Origin: a virus
Lineage: Duplodnaviria; Caudoviricetes
Length of the DNA: 41,500 nt
IMG/VR virus record: IMGVR_UViG_3300033067_000221
Location: 1 to 41,500 of that record
Reading direction: 5' to 3' (one strand)
Position numbers and translations under genes: made by a program. Below are positions 19,382 to 29,403 of the stretch, one piece after another. Below the pieces are notes generated by a model. That model was not told the origin of the DNA. It ran no database searches and worked only from the letters and a program-made list of their open reading frames with translations. How positions within the stretch are numbered: the stretch's first letter is position 1; each line of letters begins with the position of its first letter.

Positions 19382-22300
19382 ATGACCGAAGCAGAGTTAC
19401 TTGATAGCATCAATCGTGCAGTTTCTCTTGGACAAATGACTCAAGACGAGGCACAGGCAAAGTGGCTCGCTTGGTTAATGAATAATAAATCTGATGGTAG
19501 CGAAGTCCCGTATTTTCTTAAGTCACCGGGAATGGATGTAACAGGATCACAGTTTGATTTATCAAAACCTTTCGATCCGAATGCTCCAGCAATAAACCCT
19601 ATTGACGTAGCTACTGCGCCTCAACAACAATTGCAGCTTCTGGACACACCGGAAGCTGCAACTGAACTTGAGAACCGTAAAAATTTGTCCAATATGACAT
19701 TTCTAGAACAACTCCAAGACCCTGAGTCTATGGGGCGTTTTGGCTCGGCCATTCTCAAAGGTCCGGGGCAAATGTATAATGGCATTGTAAATGGTATTCC
19801 TTTGATCGCTGGTAAAGTGATCGGCAATGAGGAAATGGTTAAACGTAATTCAGAAGATTTTGCTGATGTAAATGATCAAATCAATAAGAACTTCGGCACT
19901 GGTGATGCGTTGACGCCACTTGAAAGTCTCGGAGAAAATATCCTTCCTTCCATCGTTCCGGGCGGTCTTGGCGTTAAAGCTTCAATGCTTGGACTTAACT
20001 ACACTGTTGATCAAACGGTGAGAGAACTTACCGACGATAAGAACTCAGAATACAAAACTACGTTTGACCGTCTTAACCTTTCCGGTGCAGACGAGGCTCC
20101 GAGTATTACCGAAGGTGAGGCCATTGCTGGCGGCATTAGTGCTGGTATTCTCGGTGCTGTGTTAATCAATCCTCGTGCAGCAAGCTTGTTAAAGACTTCA
20201 AATTTGACTGGTAAGGCATTTGCAGCAGCAAACACTCCGCCTAAAATACGTTTAATGACGGATTTTGATCGCCTTGCTCCTTCCGGTTTGTCTACAGTGG
20301 AGAAATCTTCTGATGCATTAACGATGCAATTCGTTGATGATCAAAAGGCATTGAGTAATATTTTAAACCGTGCTGGTATTCCTAATCCAGAACAGACAGA
20401 AAAGTTAATCACGCTTAACTCTGGTGCAGCAGCAAGAACACGCATCACAGGCGCTATGGTGTCTGGCAAACTCGATGCGAATGGCGTGCAATATAATTCA
20501 AGTATCCCTGTCCAACGTATTGTTGACGGGGCGAATGCGCTTGATCCGCAGGCTCGTGCAGCAATTAATCGGTATATTAACTTGCACGATATGGTTGACG
20601 ATGCCCGCATCAAACTAGCACAAGGTGCTGGTAATGTAGCAAATCACGCAACAAATATTGCATCGAAACTTGCAGAAGCATCGCGGATTTTGCAACAATA
20701 CCCTCAGGCAGCATTTTTCAAAAACGCCTACGTCACTGCAACGTCTGCACTATTAGATATGATGGATGGGAAAGCGATTAGCAATGCCGAAGCTATGTGG
20801 CTTCGGGCAAACCGGCCGAATTATGTTCCTATTGATATTTCACCAGTAAATAAAGCTGACCCATTCTTCATGCGGCTACGTCAAGCGCAAAAAGCAGGTG
20901 ATGGTAATCCCGAAGATTGGTTCTTGATGAAGCGGGAGAGCGAAGGAAATTACGACATAAATATGCGTAATGACTCATTCGTTGTATTACAAAACTACAC
21001 GGAGAATGTTTTAAACTATATGATGAACAACGAAGTTCGCAAGAATATCGTTGAGTCATTGCAGAATAATCAATACGGAAAGACGTTCGTAGAAGAAATC
21101 ACTGCTGCAACAAAGAACGTTGAAGCAAACCAACACAGGATCATTGAATTTATCGACAATGGTGTGAAAAAGCAATATCTCACTATGGCAGAAACTGCTG
21201 GTATTGCTCGATTTGATCCATATGCAGTAAAGTATCCATGGATTTACTTACCAAAACGTGCATTGGAAAAAACTCTAACAAGTGCGTTAACTGTGTTCAC
21301 GGGTCCATTTGCAAATAAATCACTAATGCGTGACATGTATTCTGCTGCAATTCTTCCACCAAAGGATATGAAGGGTTTTGCCCATCCGGGTAATGTTCTT
21401 TTAGCAATCCCTAAACAATTCTGGACGGTGACGAAGAAACAAATGGCGGATCAAATCCGTGCAGGTGTAGACAGTGCAAATAGTGTTATTCCTGAATGGC
21501 TTTGGGATGGACAAAGTAGATTGAATTGGGCAGATAAAGTGTCCAATCAATATGTAAATTCACTGTATCACATGTTAAATGAGGGTGGTGGCTTTGACGC
21601 AAGCATGAACAAAGCGCATTATCAATATGCGAAGTCAGCAATTGGAGAATTGAAACGGACTGTAGTAGAAGCTGATTTCTGGCAAAATCCTGCATTCACT
21701 AACGTAGTTTCAAAACTTGGTATAAATGGCACGAAGCAAGTTGTATCGTGGATGACAAATTTATATCATGCTTCTATGGATGCAGCACGTTATGCGACTG
21801 CTGAGAAGATGGTGAAACAAGGCTTTGCTTATGATGATGCCGCAATTGCATCGAAGAAGATTGCTGGTGATACTTCGAGAACGGGAAGGGTTTACAATAG
21901 TCAAGGCATGATTTTACCTGACTCTGTAGATCAAGGAATGTTAAACGTGATGCTTAAAGGCACTGGCACTGGTGCAACGATTTTGCGAGAAGGCGGAACG
22001 TTTTACAATCCTACAGTGCAGGGTATGCGTTCGTTTTTAAACAGGTTTAAAGATAACCCTGCTGGAACAATGATGCGTGTTGGTGTCTTTGCACAATTGC
22101 CTGCAATGTCAGCACTGTCTTGGAATGAAGTTCTGGGCCCAGAATATAATGATTATGCTTTTAATGGGCGCAGTGCTGACGATGTAGCAAGGACATTGTA
22201 TATTGGTATTCCGGGACGGCCACCAGAAGAAGGAATTGAATGGTATGTGCAGCAAGAATATATGCTATTTAATTCGCCATACTCATATGCCTTGCATGGC

Positions 22301-23458
22301 TTAATGCGTGGTGATGACAGTGGGCAAATTAGTGATGGTATGCAAGTGTTATTAAGGGCCATTGCTTCAAACTCAACAGACATGTCAATGTTTCCATCGG
22401 CTAAAATTGGCATGAATTACTTTGGCTTTGATAGCTACAGTTCCTTGTCTCAATCTTTTGGAAGTGGCTATGACATTCAAGAAGATGACAAAGGTTTCTT
22501 ACCACAGAATTTAGAAAACATGGCAAGGAACCTTGGTGGTAACTTTGCAAAGAATGGTTTAGAATTAATGTATATCCTCGGCAATGAGGATGGGCCTGCG
22601 GATAAGTTCGATGAATTTTTACAAATGACGTATGAGAATTACATGACTAATACGGCAACTGCAAAAGAACTTAGTGGCAGTAAAATGGCAAATGCGAAAT
22701 ACTCCATTCCGGGGCAGATTGCATATGAGAAGAAAGCGGCAATTATTAAATTTGATGAACAATATAAGAAATTCCTTGATCCAGAATATTTAAATGCTGA
22801 TGGATTAAACACGATTAATCAGAAAGGAAAGTATTCTCCAATTCCCGGATTGCCGCCAGAAGTCGCAGCAAATAATATTGATGAAAATGGCGATGTAATC
22901 CATCCCGATTTACCTCACGTATTGCCTGGTCCCGTCGTCGGAAACAAGCCGACAAATCCATTCTTCCCTGTGTTCGGTGATTTATTAGTTGGTGAAGCGA
23001 AGAACAATCAAATTGGTATGTCTGGCTTAGATGATCGGTTATCTGCATATGATAAGATGACGAAACAGTTAAAGAGTTACAATGCTGGAGACCGCACAGC
23101 ATTGAAAGAATTTCAAGATATGCTAAATAACACGAAGTTAAAAGATCAAACAAGTATTGATTTAAAAGGTATTATTGATGACTTTAAAATTGATTTAACG
23201 AAGTATCCAGATCGAGTAAAGCTGATCAACTTAATCGAGAATGAGAAAACATTTATCTATCAGCAAAAGCTAGAACTTTATTCTATTGTAGAGTCGAAGA
23301 TTGACAAAGCATTAAAAGATAATGGGCTGCTATCTGGAGATAAATCATTCAAAATTGAGAATGACTTAGACCCATATGACAGCAACCCATTAGGGATTGA
23401 TGAAGAAATGATTAAAGGCGTAATGCCAAAATTAGCTGAGTCGCTCGCCACACCGTGA
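19382..23458 (+). CDS. large internal virion / DNA ejection protein
   Basis: 1358 aa, last gene of the late operon, helical; position equivalent to T7 gp16-type proteins. No catalytic motif recognised. Confidence 0.7.
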   Translation: MTEAELLDSINRAVSLGQMTQDEAQAKWLAWLMNNKSDGSEVPYFLKSPGMDVTGSQFDLSKPFDPNAPAINPIDVATAPQQQLQLLDTPEAATELENRKNLSNMTFLEQLQDPESMGRFGSAILKGPGQMYNGIVNGIPLIAGKVIGNEEMVKRNSEDFADVNDQINKNFGTGDALTPLESLGENILPSIVPGGLGVKASMLGLNYTVDQTVRELTDDKNSEYKTTFDRLNLSGADEAPSITEGEAIAGGISAGILGAVLINPRAASLLKTSNLTGKAFAAANTPPKIRLMTDFDRLAPSGLSTVEKSSDALTMQFVDDQKALSNILNRAGIPNPEQTEKLITLNSGAAARTRITGAMVSGKLDANGVQYNSSIPVQRIVDGANALDPQARAAINRYINLHDMVDDARIKLAQGAGNVANHATNIASKLAEASRILQQYPQAAFFKNAYVTATSALLDMMDGKAISNAEAMWLRANRPNYVPIDISPVNKADPFFMRLRQAQKAGDGNPEDWFLMKRESEGNYDINMRNDSFVVLQNYTENVLNYMMNNEVRKNIVESLQNNQYGKTFVEEITAATKNVEANQHRIIEFIDNGVKKQYLTMAETAGIARFDPYAVKYPWIYLPKRALEKTLTSALTVFTGPFANKSLMRDMYSAAILPPKDMKGFAHPGNVLLAIPKQFWTVTKKQMADQIRAGVDSANSVIPEWLWDGQSRLNWADKVSNQYVNSLYHMLNEGGGFDASMNKAHYQYAKSAIGELKRTVVEADFWQNPAFTNVVSKLGINGTKQVVSWMTNLYHASMDAARYATAEKMVKQGFAYDDAAIASKKIAGDTSRTGRVYNSQGMILPDSVDQGMLNVMLKGTGTGATILREGGTFYNPTVQGMRSFLNRFKDNPAGTMMRVGVFAQLPAMSALSWNEVLGPEYNDYAFNGRSADDVARTLYIGIPGRPPEEGIEWYVQQEYMLFNSPYSYALHGLMRGDDSGQISDGMQVLLRAIASNSTDMSMFPSAKIGMNYFGFDSYSSLSQSFGSGYDIQEDDKGFLPQNLENMARNLGGNFAKNGLELMYILGNEDGPADKFDEFLQMTYENYMTNTATAKELSGSKMANAKYSIPGQIAYEKKAAIIKFDEQYKKFLDPEYLNADGLNTINQKGKYSPIPGLPPEVAANNIDENGDVIHPDLPHVLPGPVVGNKPTNPFFPVFGDLLVGEAKNNQIGMSGLDDRLSAYDKMTKQLKSYNAGDRTALKEFQDMLNNTKLKDQTSIDLKGIIDDFKIDLTKYPDRVKLINLIENEKTFIYQQKLELYSIVESKIDKALKDNGLLSGDKSFKIENDLDPYDSNPLGIDEEMIKGVMPKLAESLATP

Positions 23459-23672
23459 CGGGACGCTTACTGTGAGAGGGCTTCGTGATGAACTTTTGCA
23501 CGAGGCCCTTTTCACGCCATTCCTCAAGTATCTCCACTATGTCCGTGATCGAAAATATCTTCGTCTTGGTCTGTTGCATCAGGATCGAGTGAGGTATCCC
23601 CTGTGACCCGGCCCCGATCAACTTTGTCCGAAGTCTCCGTTGTAGACCCATCCTGTTGTAAATTCTGGTCAT
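23412..23672 (-). CDS. stand-alone winged-helix protein
   Basis: LIGAGSQGIPHSIL...EILEEW...GLVQKF...RPVTVWRAT resembles the C-terminal wHTH of phage DUF3987-type proteins as I recall them; overlaps both neighbours. Confidence 0.55.
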   Translation of the reverse strand: MTRIYNRMGLQRRLRTKLIGAGSQGIPHSILMQQTKTKIFSITDIVEILEEWREKGLVQKFITKPSHSKRPVTVWRATQLILALRL

Positions 23673-23883
23673 TGCGCAGTGCCTTGATATAGTTAATGAT
23701 TACGTCTTGTGCCCCTTCAATTGATTCAATCCATACTCTACATGTTATACCATAAGTGTGAAATAATGAAGTATTAAAGAAATGTTCTTCTAACGCCTTC
23801 CGTGCTTCGTAATATACAGCATCAGGTTCTTCGGCGAAGAATACTCCATCATTTGTGACGTAGCCACTTACAGATTTAACCAT
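23524..23883 (-). CDS. hypothetical protein
   Basis: ATG at 23883 with a GGAG RBS; YVTNDG.FF....A..YE motif common in phage ORFs. Confidence 0.7.
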   Translation of the reverse strand: MVKSVSGYVTNDGVFFAEEPDAVYYEARKALEEHFFNTSLFHTYGITCRVWIESIEGAQDVIINYIKALRNDQNLQQDGSTTETSDKVDRGRVTGDTSLDPDATDQDEDIFDHGHSGDT

Positions 23884-23884
23884 T

Positions 23885-24430
23885 TCACGTCTCTCCGTTG
23901 AGGAATGAATAAACTTCATTCATTAATTCTAGTTTAAAGGCACTAGTCCCGTCATTACGAATGAGACTACTAGCAACACGAGGATCGTCAATGTAGTTTC
24001 GTATGTCATGTTGGAACGACTTTCCTTTACGAAAGATTTGAATGAGAAGAATATTCTTTGCGCCGAAGTGCTTGATTAGATAAGATAATTCTTCATCACG
24101 GCCAACATCGCTGACGATGATAAGGTTGTTGTCGTATTGTTTGATACGATTTACAAGCGATGCAGCAAGCCAAGTTTTACCAAGGACACGAGCAATTTGC
24201 TCGAATAGATTTATCTGCACATCACGGTATGAAGTATTGCAATCAGGCGTGTCCTTCGCTGCTTCAAGTTTTGCAAAGTCAATACCGAAGTAAGCCATTA
24301 CAATGTCTTTAAGCGGTTTGGAAAGTTTGACGTGGAGCGGTTCCTCTGCGGCAAGTTCTTCCATGATTAACTTCGTTGCATAGTCTTTGCCGCTACCGGG
24401 CGGTCCATTAAGTAGAATTAAAGTGGTCAT
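23885..24430 (-). CDS. deoxynucleoside monophosphate kinase
   Basis: P-loop LLNGPPGSGKD, SKPLK, IIVSDVGRDEE and D.R motifs; start placed at ATG 24430. Confidence 0.85.
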   Translation of the reverse strand: MTTLILLNGPPGSGKDYATKLIMEELAAEEPLHVKLSKPLKDIVMAYFGIDFAKLEAAKDTPDCNTSYRDVQINLFEQIARVLGKTWLAASLVNRIKQYDNNLIIVSDVGRDEELSYLIKHFGAKNILLIQIFRKGKSFQHDIRNYIDDPRVASSLIRNDGTSAFKLELMNEVYSFLNGET

Positions 24431-24431
24431 G

Positions 24432-24836
24432 TTAAAACTTTTTACCCCCATCCTTCATTCGGTTTTCGATTTTGTGATCTTCACGCATTGCATTATATCT
24501 AAGCTTCTCAAAGATTGCTTCTCCAATTGGAAGATCAAATCCAATAGCGTAGTCGAGAATGCGAATAATGCAGTCTGCAAGTTCTACGGCTTCGTTCTTT
24601 AGGCATGGAATGTGTTCATCATATTTATCTTTACGAACACCTTCAAGTGCTTCAGACAATTCGGAATGCATGAGTGCAATTGCTTCACCCTTGTTTCGTA
24701 TTGGTTTTCCTTCATCATCAAATTGCCACCATTGCTGATTTAATTTATGAATAATAACAGCGAGTAAGTCAATTTTATCTGTTGCTTCACGAATGTCAAA
24801 ATTATTTATACGAAAGTAGGTTTCAGGATTTGTCAT
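24432..24836 (-). CDS. MazG-like nucleotide pyrophosphohydrolase
   Basis: IALMHSELSEALEGVRK...ELADCIIRILD...EKLRYN..R motif. Confidence 0.88.
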   Translation of the reverse strand: MTNPETYFRINNFDIREATDKIDLLAVIIHKLNQQWWQFDDEGKPIRNKGEAIALMHSELSEALEGVRKDKYDEHIPCLKNEAVELADCIIRILDYAIGFDLPIGEAIFEKLRYNAMREDHKIENRMKDGGKKF

Positions 24837-25162
24837 TTATCTTCTCCATCAAGAAGATAAAACCGTTCACGAAATTCATCGACAGGGCGTATCCAAAATG
24901 CCTTGTCGAATATGCTTTGGTAGATCACGGCAGGGGACAAATCGTATGGACCATCAATCTGCATGAGGCCAAGCGCAAAGATTTTATACGCTCCACCAGA
25001 GACTTTATGTCGATACGTTCCATTCTTAAACTTTACTTCATTTCCTTTAATGTCCTGTATTGATATATATGGACTGACTTGCACTGTTTGCAATACCACA
25101 ACATTACGTAATTCAAGCGCGGGTCCATCATTAGTTTCATCGGAATAAGACATTTCTTGCAC
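24833..25162 (-). CDS. DUF1653-like protein
   Basis: GTYRHK..G.Y...VIYQ...WIRPVDEF..RF motif. Confidence 0.75.
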   Translation of the reverse strand: MQEMSYSDETNDGPALELRNVVVLQTVQVSPYISIQDIKGNEVKFKNGTYRHKVSGGAYKIFALGLMQIDGPYDLSPAVIYQSIFDKAFWIRPVDEFRERFYLLDGEDK

Positions 25163-25201
25163 ACCTCTGGGTTTAAATGTGGTTTAATGTTCTTGTGACT
25201 T

Positions 25202-27637
25202 CTAGATTTTCGCTGCATCTAGTTTGATCTTTCTCATGTTTGCCATTGTCAGTGGCAAGCCGTTCGTCGTATCAGAGATTTTCAGATCAGCAGGAATGAT
25301 CATTGGCTCTGTCTTATTCGTCATAATACTTGTTACCATAATGGGTTGTTCTGCATATGCCTTCATGATGGATAACGCGGTTTCTGCGTAGTCGGGAGTA
25401 GCAATTCCCCAGAGCGCGTCGTGAACATTGATAGCAATACGGGCGCGAGATTTGTTCCAGCGGCTATCCGAATGACACTGCGCCCAGACGCGGGATACCT
25501 TATCTCCAATCGTTGATTGAGGACGAAATGCCACAATGGCGTCGAGTGCATCACCTTCTAACCTTTCTGTGATTAGGAGTCTCCGACCGAGACTGTTAAA
25601 CAGCGTGCGGGTTTTCTTCACTTCACGTTCAAGACGTCTCCACCATTCTTGAAGTTGGGGATTGGTTCGGTGATAGACGTAGTAATTCGATGCAGCCTGC
25701 ATACGGGTCATGCCGGTAGTTTGCGCAAGACGGTCAATATGCATACGATAGTTTAATCCATGGCGACAACGCTTTGCTGTCCATCGAATTGTGTGTTGTC
25801 CGTTTTCATCTTCATCATCCTTTGGCACTTCGTCGTAGGGCATCTTATACATATCAGCGGCTAGTGCTCGGTGTGCGTCATAGTCGCCGGTAAGACGCGC
25901 GCGCTCAAAATCTTCTTTCCACTTCTCAATATTTGCATCCCATCCAACGTATCGCGCTTCTGCTTGAGCAAGGTCGAAGTAGATAAATACACAACCTTCG
26001 TCTGGCATATACATTTCATAAGCACGTTTTGGAAAGTTCTGACTGTTCCCACCACTGCCCCAAAGTGTTTGTGCAGAGGATAAGCGACCCGGAGCTTGAG
26101 TAGTGCCGAATTGTTTCCACTCACTGCGGAAGCGGTTGTCCTCGTCCAACTTCACGTTTGCGTAGGTAGAGAAAAACTTGTGCTCTTCAAGGTAACGCCC
26201 GAGTGTGTTAATAACGGTTTTAATCTCGTCGTTGATGCGTGGGTCTTTAAGCCAGTTTTCCCGAATGGGTGCCGCAGTAGAACGGGACGTAGCTTTACAT
26301 TGGAAGTCATCGAAGAATAGTTTAGCAAGTTGCTTTGGTGACGACGGATTGATTTGATAAGTGTTATCTCCAGTCGCAGTGTGCACAGAGTTAATAAAGT
26401 TCTCACGATGCATTTCAAGGTCTTGACGAAGTTCTGTTTGAAGCTGTGATTTCTTTTCAATGTCTACACGGACGCCTGTAACAGTTGCTTCAGTTAAATT
26501 CGGATGAATGAACATGACATGGTTGATGAAGAAATCGTAGAGGTTCTGTTCCTTGAGTTCGCGTTCGAGTTCGACGGCAGCGATGAATGTAATCGCACAG
26601 TCTTTACAGTTGTATTGCCAGAATGTATCAATGTTTCCATCTTCCTTGTAGGTATCGCTTTCATCTTTGTAATACGGATGGTTTGTATATTGGCTGGTGA
26701 GGAAGCCTAGGTTATGAGGCAGGCGAGGATAAAGTGTATGATGTGCAAGGAGTGTGTCGAAGTTAATAGGGAAGCGAAGATGATCTTTGTATCCCATGAA
26801 GTAACTGTCAAAATTCCCATTCTGCGCAATGACTGTTGTTGTTTCATCATCGCAGAGGTCTGCAAAGGCTTTAAGAATTTGAAATTCTTCGATCACATTA
26901 AAACGGTTTTTATCGTTGTCACGAAAGTTGATGCACATAGCCTCTGTGGCACAATATGCAAGACCGATACACGCTGTTTCGCCACCGATAACTTCAATGT
27001 CGGTGGCAAATCTTTTGTGCTTGTATTTAATGTCGTGCATGTATTGCATCGCGTCATCAAATGACGGATTGATGATGCAATTGATAGGTTCTACTTTATA
27101 GTCCCCAGAATAAACCTGTTTAACGCGCTGAATATCCATGTTGAAAATGATTTCAGTCTCGGGCATACGAAGCACGAGAGCAGGATTGTTCAGGACTACA
27201 GCATTAATTCCATTGTATTGATAAACACTGCCACGGAATTTATTCACACCGTCAATGTTGAGTAGTGCTTGTGCAGGAGTTGCGCCGAGCACGACGATTG
27301 TCGTTACATCAGTGAGAAGTGATAGTTCATATTCAAGTGCCTCTTTCCAAAGTGTATATTCAAGATTAGACACTGGTGTCTGCGCGGTCACACGTCGCTT
27401 GACAATGTTCGTGCGATAGCAATCGTCAATGGAGATACCGACAGCGCGGAGTGCAGCAGAAAGAATTTTACCGCTGCCACCCATGAACGGCCGTTTAAAC
27501 GCGACTTCCTGTTCACCGGGATATTCACCGATTAAAACGATTTTAGAAGTCACGTCTCCTGCCATGAGGCAGTCAATGCGAAGGTTATACGATGCGATAT
27601 GATCGAGGAATTGTTGCTCAATATCAGCCATAGACAT
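25202..27637 (-). CDS. polA: family A DNA polymerase with N-terminal uracil-DNA-glycosylase-like and 3'-5' exonuclease domains
   Basis: UDG motifs IGEYPG..E...PF.G.SG and YRTNIVK; exonuclease motifs DIE, NGNFD, YNCKD; polymerase motifs GRLSS, A (DLAQAEAR), B (R..AKRCRHGLNY) and C (NVHDAL). Confidence 0.95.
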   Translation of the reverse strand: MSMADIEQQFLDHIASYNLRIDCLMAGDVTSKIVLIGEYPGEQEVAFKRPFMGGSGKILSAALRAVGISIDDCYRTNIVKRRVTAQTPVSNLEYTLWKEALEYELSLLTDVTTIVVLGATPAQALLNIDGVNKFRGSVYQYNGINAVVLNNPALVLRMPETEIIFNMDIQRVKQVYSGDYKVEPINCIINPSFDDAMQYMHDIKYKHKRFATDIEVIGGETACIGLAYCATEAMCINFRDNDKNRFNVIEEFQILKAFADLCDDETTTVIAQNGNFDSYFMGYKDHLRFPINFDTLLAHHTLYPRLPHNLGFLTSQYTNHPYYKDESDTYKEDGNIDTFWQYNCKDCAITFIAAVELERELKEQNLYDFFINHVMFIHPNLTEATVTGVRVDIEKKSQLQTELRQDLEMHRENFINSVHTATGDNTYQINPSSPKQLAKLFFDDFQCKATSRSTAAPIRENWLKDPRINDEIKTVINTLGRYLEEHKFFSTYANVKLDEDNRFRSEWKQFGTTQAPGRLSSAQTLWGSGGNSQNFPKRAYEMYMPDEGCVFIYFDLAQAEARYVGWDANIEKWKEDFERARLTGDYDAHRALAADMYKMPYDEVPKDDEDENGQHTIRWTAKRCRHGLNYRMHIDRLAQTTGMTRMQAASNYYVYHRTNPQLQEWWRRLEREVKKTRTLFNSLGRRLLITERLEGDALDAIVAFRPQSTIGDKVSRVWAQCHSDSRWNKSRARIAINVHDALWGIATPDYAETALSIMKAYAEQPIMVTSIMTNKTEPMIIPADLKISDTTNGLPLTMANMRKIKLDAAKI

Positions 27638-27827
27638 GCCTCATTGTGTCGAAGTAAACGATGCGATGGATTTTAATGCGGAGTAGTCGTGCGATTTCTA
27701 CGTTTGACATATCCTCACTTCGGCATACGTCGATAAATTTATAATATTGTTTTAGGGGATAGTTCCCATTTCTCGTTAGTTGAGGCAATGACCCTAGGAC
27801 TGCGAGCGAATACTTTTGAATACCCAT
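27624..27827 (-). CDS. small HTH-like protein
   Basis: MSNVEIARLLRIKIHRI helix-turn-helix pattern. Confidence 0.55.
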   Translation of the reverse strand: MGIQKYSLAVLGSLPQLTRNGNYPLKQYYKFIDVCRSEDMSNVEIARLLRIKIHRIVYFDTMRHVYG

Positions 27828-28126
27828 GGAGCATTGTTCCTTTCACTTCGTTGTTTCAGCAGCCATTCATTCCGAATGACGTTGATAGTTGATACGCTGA
27901 CATTACAGAAGAATGCAATTTCTTTATTCGTTGCATAGTGTGGATAGTCGATGGCAAGTTCTACAAATGCGCGACGGGCAAGGCGTAAGCGTTCGTGATG
28001 ATCACGCATATCTGCGAGTGTTGGATTGTCACTAACGCCTGCACTTTGTCTTGCCCGCCACCATAGTTGATCCGCAATCTCCTGAGTTAGGCCAACGCTG
28101 TTAGAGGGCTGGCAACTCTCGTTCAT
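27794..28126 (-). CDS. HTH protein, DnaA C-terminal-like
   Basis: RLARRAFVELA...TNKEIAFFCNVSVSTI resembles an HTH of the DnaA domain IV type. Confidence 0.5.
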   Translation of the reverse strand: MNESCQPSNSVGLTQEIADQLWWRARQSAGVSDNPTLADMRDHHERLRLARRAFVELAIDYPHYATNKEIAFFCNVSVSTINVIRNEWLLKQRSERNNAPWVFKSIRSQS

Positions 28127-28370
28127 CGGTTTCCTGTTTATATGCCTGCTTTAGGGACGTTGTTGCATCTTCAATGAAAGCAAAAATCTTTTCGACTTGC
28201 TCATCTGTATATTCATATGTCGCAGTGTTTGCACAATTTTCAAGAAGTTCCATTTGCTTGAGCGCCGCTCGGAGACGGCGGGTTGCAACTCTGGAAAAAC
28301 GTTGTGCTTTGGTTTCAGTTGAGTCGATGGCTTCATCATAGTTGTCTCCATCATTTTCATATTCAGTCAT
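28101..28370 (-). CDS. conserved small helical protein
   Basis: ETKAQRFSRVA.RR...L.N.AN...YEYTDEQVEKIF motif; GGAAAG RBS. Confidence 0.75.
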   Translation of the reverse strand: MTEYENDGDNYDEAIDSTETKAQRFSRVATRRLRAALKQMELLENCANTATYEYTDEQVEKIFAFIEDATTSLKQAYKQETDERELPAL

Positions 28371-28424
28371 TTGATCTTTCCTGTTGTAGCGTTGGATATT
28401 TGGAGTAGATTAAAAGAGGTTTAA

Positions 28425-28556
28425 TTATTCATCGCTGTTCTCCTTCAGGGCGGCACGGGCACGATCTAGGGTTAAGCAGGCCACTATATCTTTGGCAAAG
28501 ACTGGGCACTGATCGCAGAAAGTATCAAGCGGAACGCCGTGCACACACTCACTCAT
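28425..28556 (-). CDS. small Cys/His-containing protein (43 aa)
   Basis: Not in the track. Translated by hand: MSECVHGVPLDTFCDQCPVFAKDIVACLTLDRARAALKENSDE; start overlaps the upstream stop. Confidence 0.6.
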   Translation of the reverse strand: MSECVHGVPLDTFCDQCPVFAKDIVACLTLDRARAALKENSDE

Positions 28557-28884
28557 GGCTTTTCTCCAATGCTGCGCGGGCGTTCAGGAAGTCGGAAAAC
28601 GTCACAATGAAAGCCTTGCCTTTCGTGACAAATTTCAGCGCCACGTCGTCCTTTTCCCAATTGCGCGAAAACATCTCTCCGGCAGTCTTGGAAAATGGAT
28701 GAAGCGCCGCCTCCAACTCCGCCGCCCGCTCTTTCAGCGCGGCGTTCTCGGCGGTGAGGGCGTCGAACAAGTCAGCGCGGACGTAGGGAATACCGGCGCT
28801 GAAAAACGTGGCCGAATAGGTCCGCGCGTCGTCAATCCAAATCCGCTCCGGGGCGCGGTCCTTTTCGATTTCATCGGGGGTCAT
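28549..28884 (-). CDS. hypothetical protein (GC-rich accessory gene)
   Basis: APERIW...YVRADL motif followed by a coiled coil; ends in ARAAL. Confidence 0.75.
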   Translation of the reverse strand: MTPDEIEKDRAPERIWIDDARTYSATFFSAGIPYVRADLFDALTAENAALKERAAELEAALHPFSKTAGEMFSRNWEKDDVALKFVTKGKAFIVTFSDFLNARAALEKSHE

Positions 28885-29156
28885 TGACTTAATCCTTCCT
28901 CAGTGATCCTGCATAGTTCGCCACCCGGAAAGTATTCTTCATTAAATTGACTTTCATCGTATTCCATAGCAAATTGGTTTGGGCGCGGGCAGTAGTTTGT
29001 TGTGAATTGGTCAATGAAAACATTTCGGTGTTCACCCGCCATGCTTTCGGGCAAGTCAACTGTTACCCAATAATCCGCAATCCTGCCGCCGTTCGGTAGT
29101 GGAAAGTTGGTCATGTGCGATTGACCAAAAGTGAAGATAGATTTTGTTCTGTTCAT
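28881..29156 (-). CDS. hypothetical protein
   Basis: FTFGQSH motif; ATGA-coupled to the downstream gene. Confidence 0.7.
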   Translation of the reverse strand: MNRTKSIFTFGQSHMTNFPLPNGGRIADYWVTVDLPESMAGEHRNVFIDQFTTNYCPRPNQFAMEYDESQFNEEYFPGGELCRITEEGLSQ

Positions 29157-29157
29157 T

Positions 29158-29400
29158 TTACGCGCTCCCGATATTCCGGCTGATCCGGCATAGTGAAAGG
29201 GAAGGTGATTGGGACTCGACTGTCATGGCTGGTGAAATAGGTTTTAATCTTCTCACCCGTATCTGGGTCTGTCCAATACCGAGGCAGAGAACCGCCATTG
29301 CAAAAAGCATCCACATAGGGAAATAGCTATTCACTATTAATTCGGCAAAGGCTGCGGCTAGAAGTAATAGCGCGAGAATAAACCAAGCGATGTTAAACAT
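29158..29400 (-). CDS. small membrane protein (two transmembrane helices)
   Basis: Two hydrophobic segments; AAGGA RBS. Confidence 0.55.
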   Translation of the reverse strand: MFNIAWFILALLLLAAAFAELIVNSYFPMWMLFAMAVLCLGIGQTQIRVRRLKPISPAMTVESQSPSLSLCRISRNIGSA

Positions 29401-29403
29401 GAT

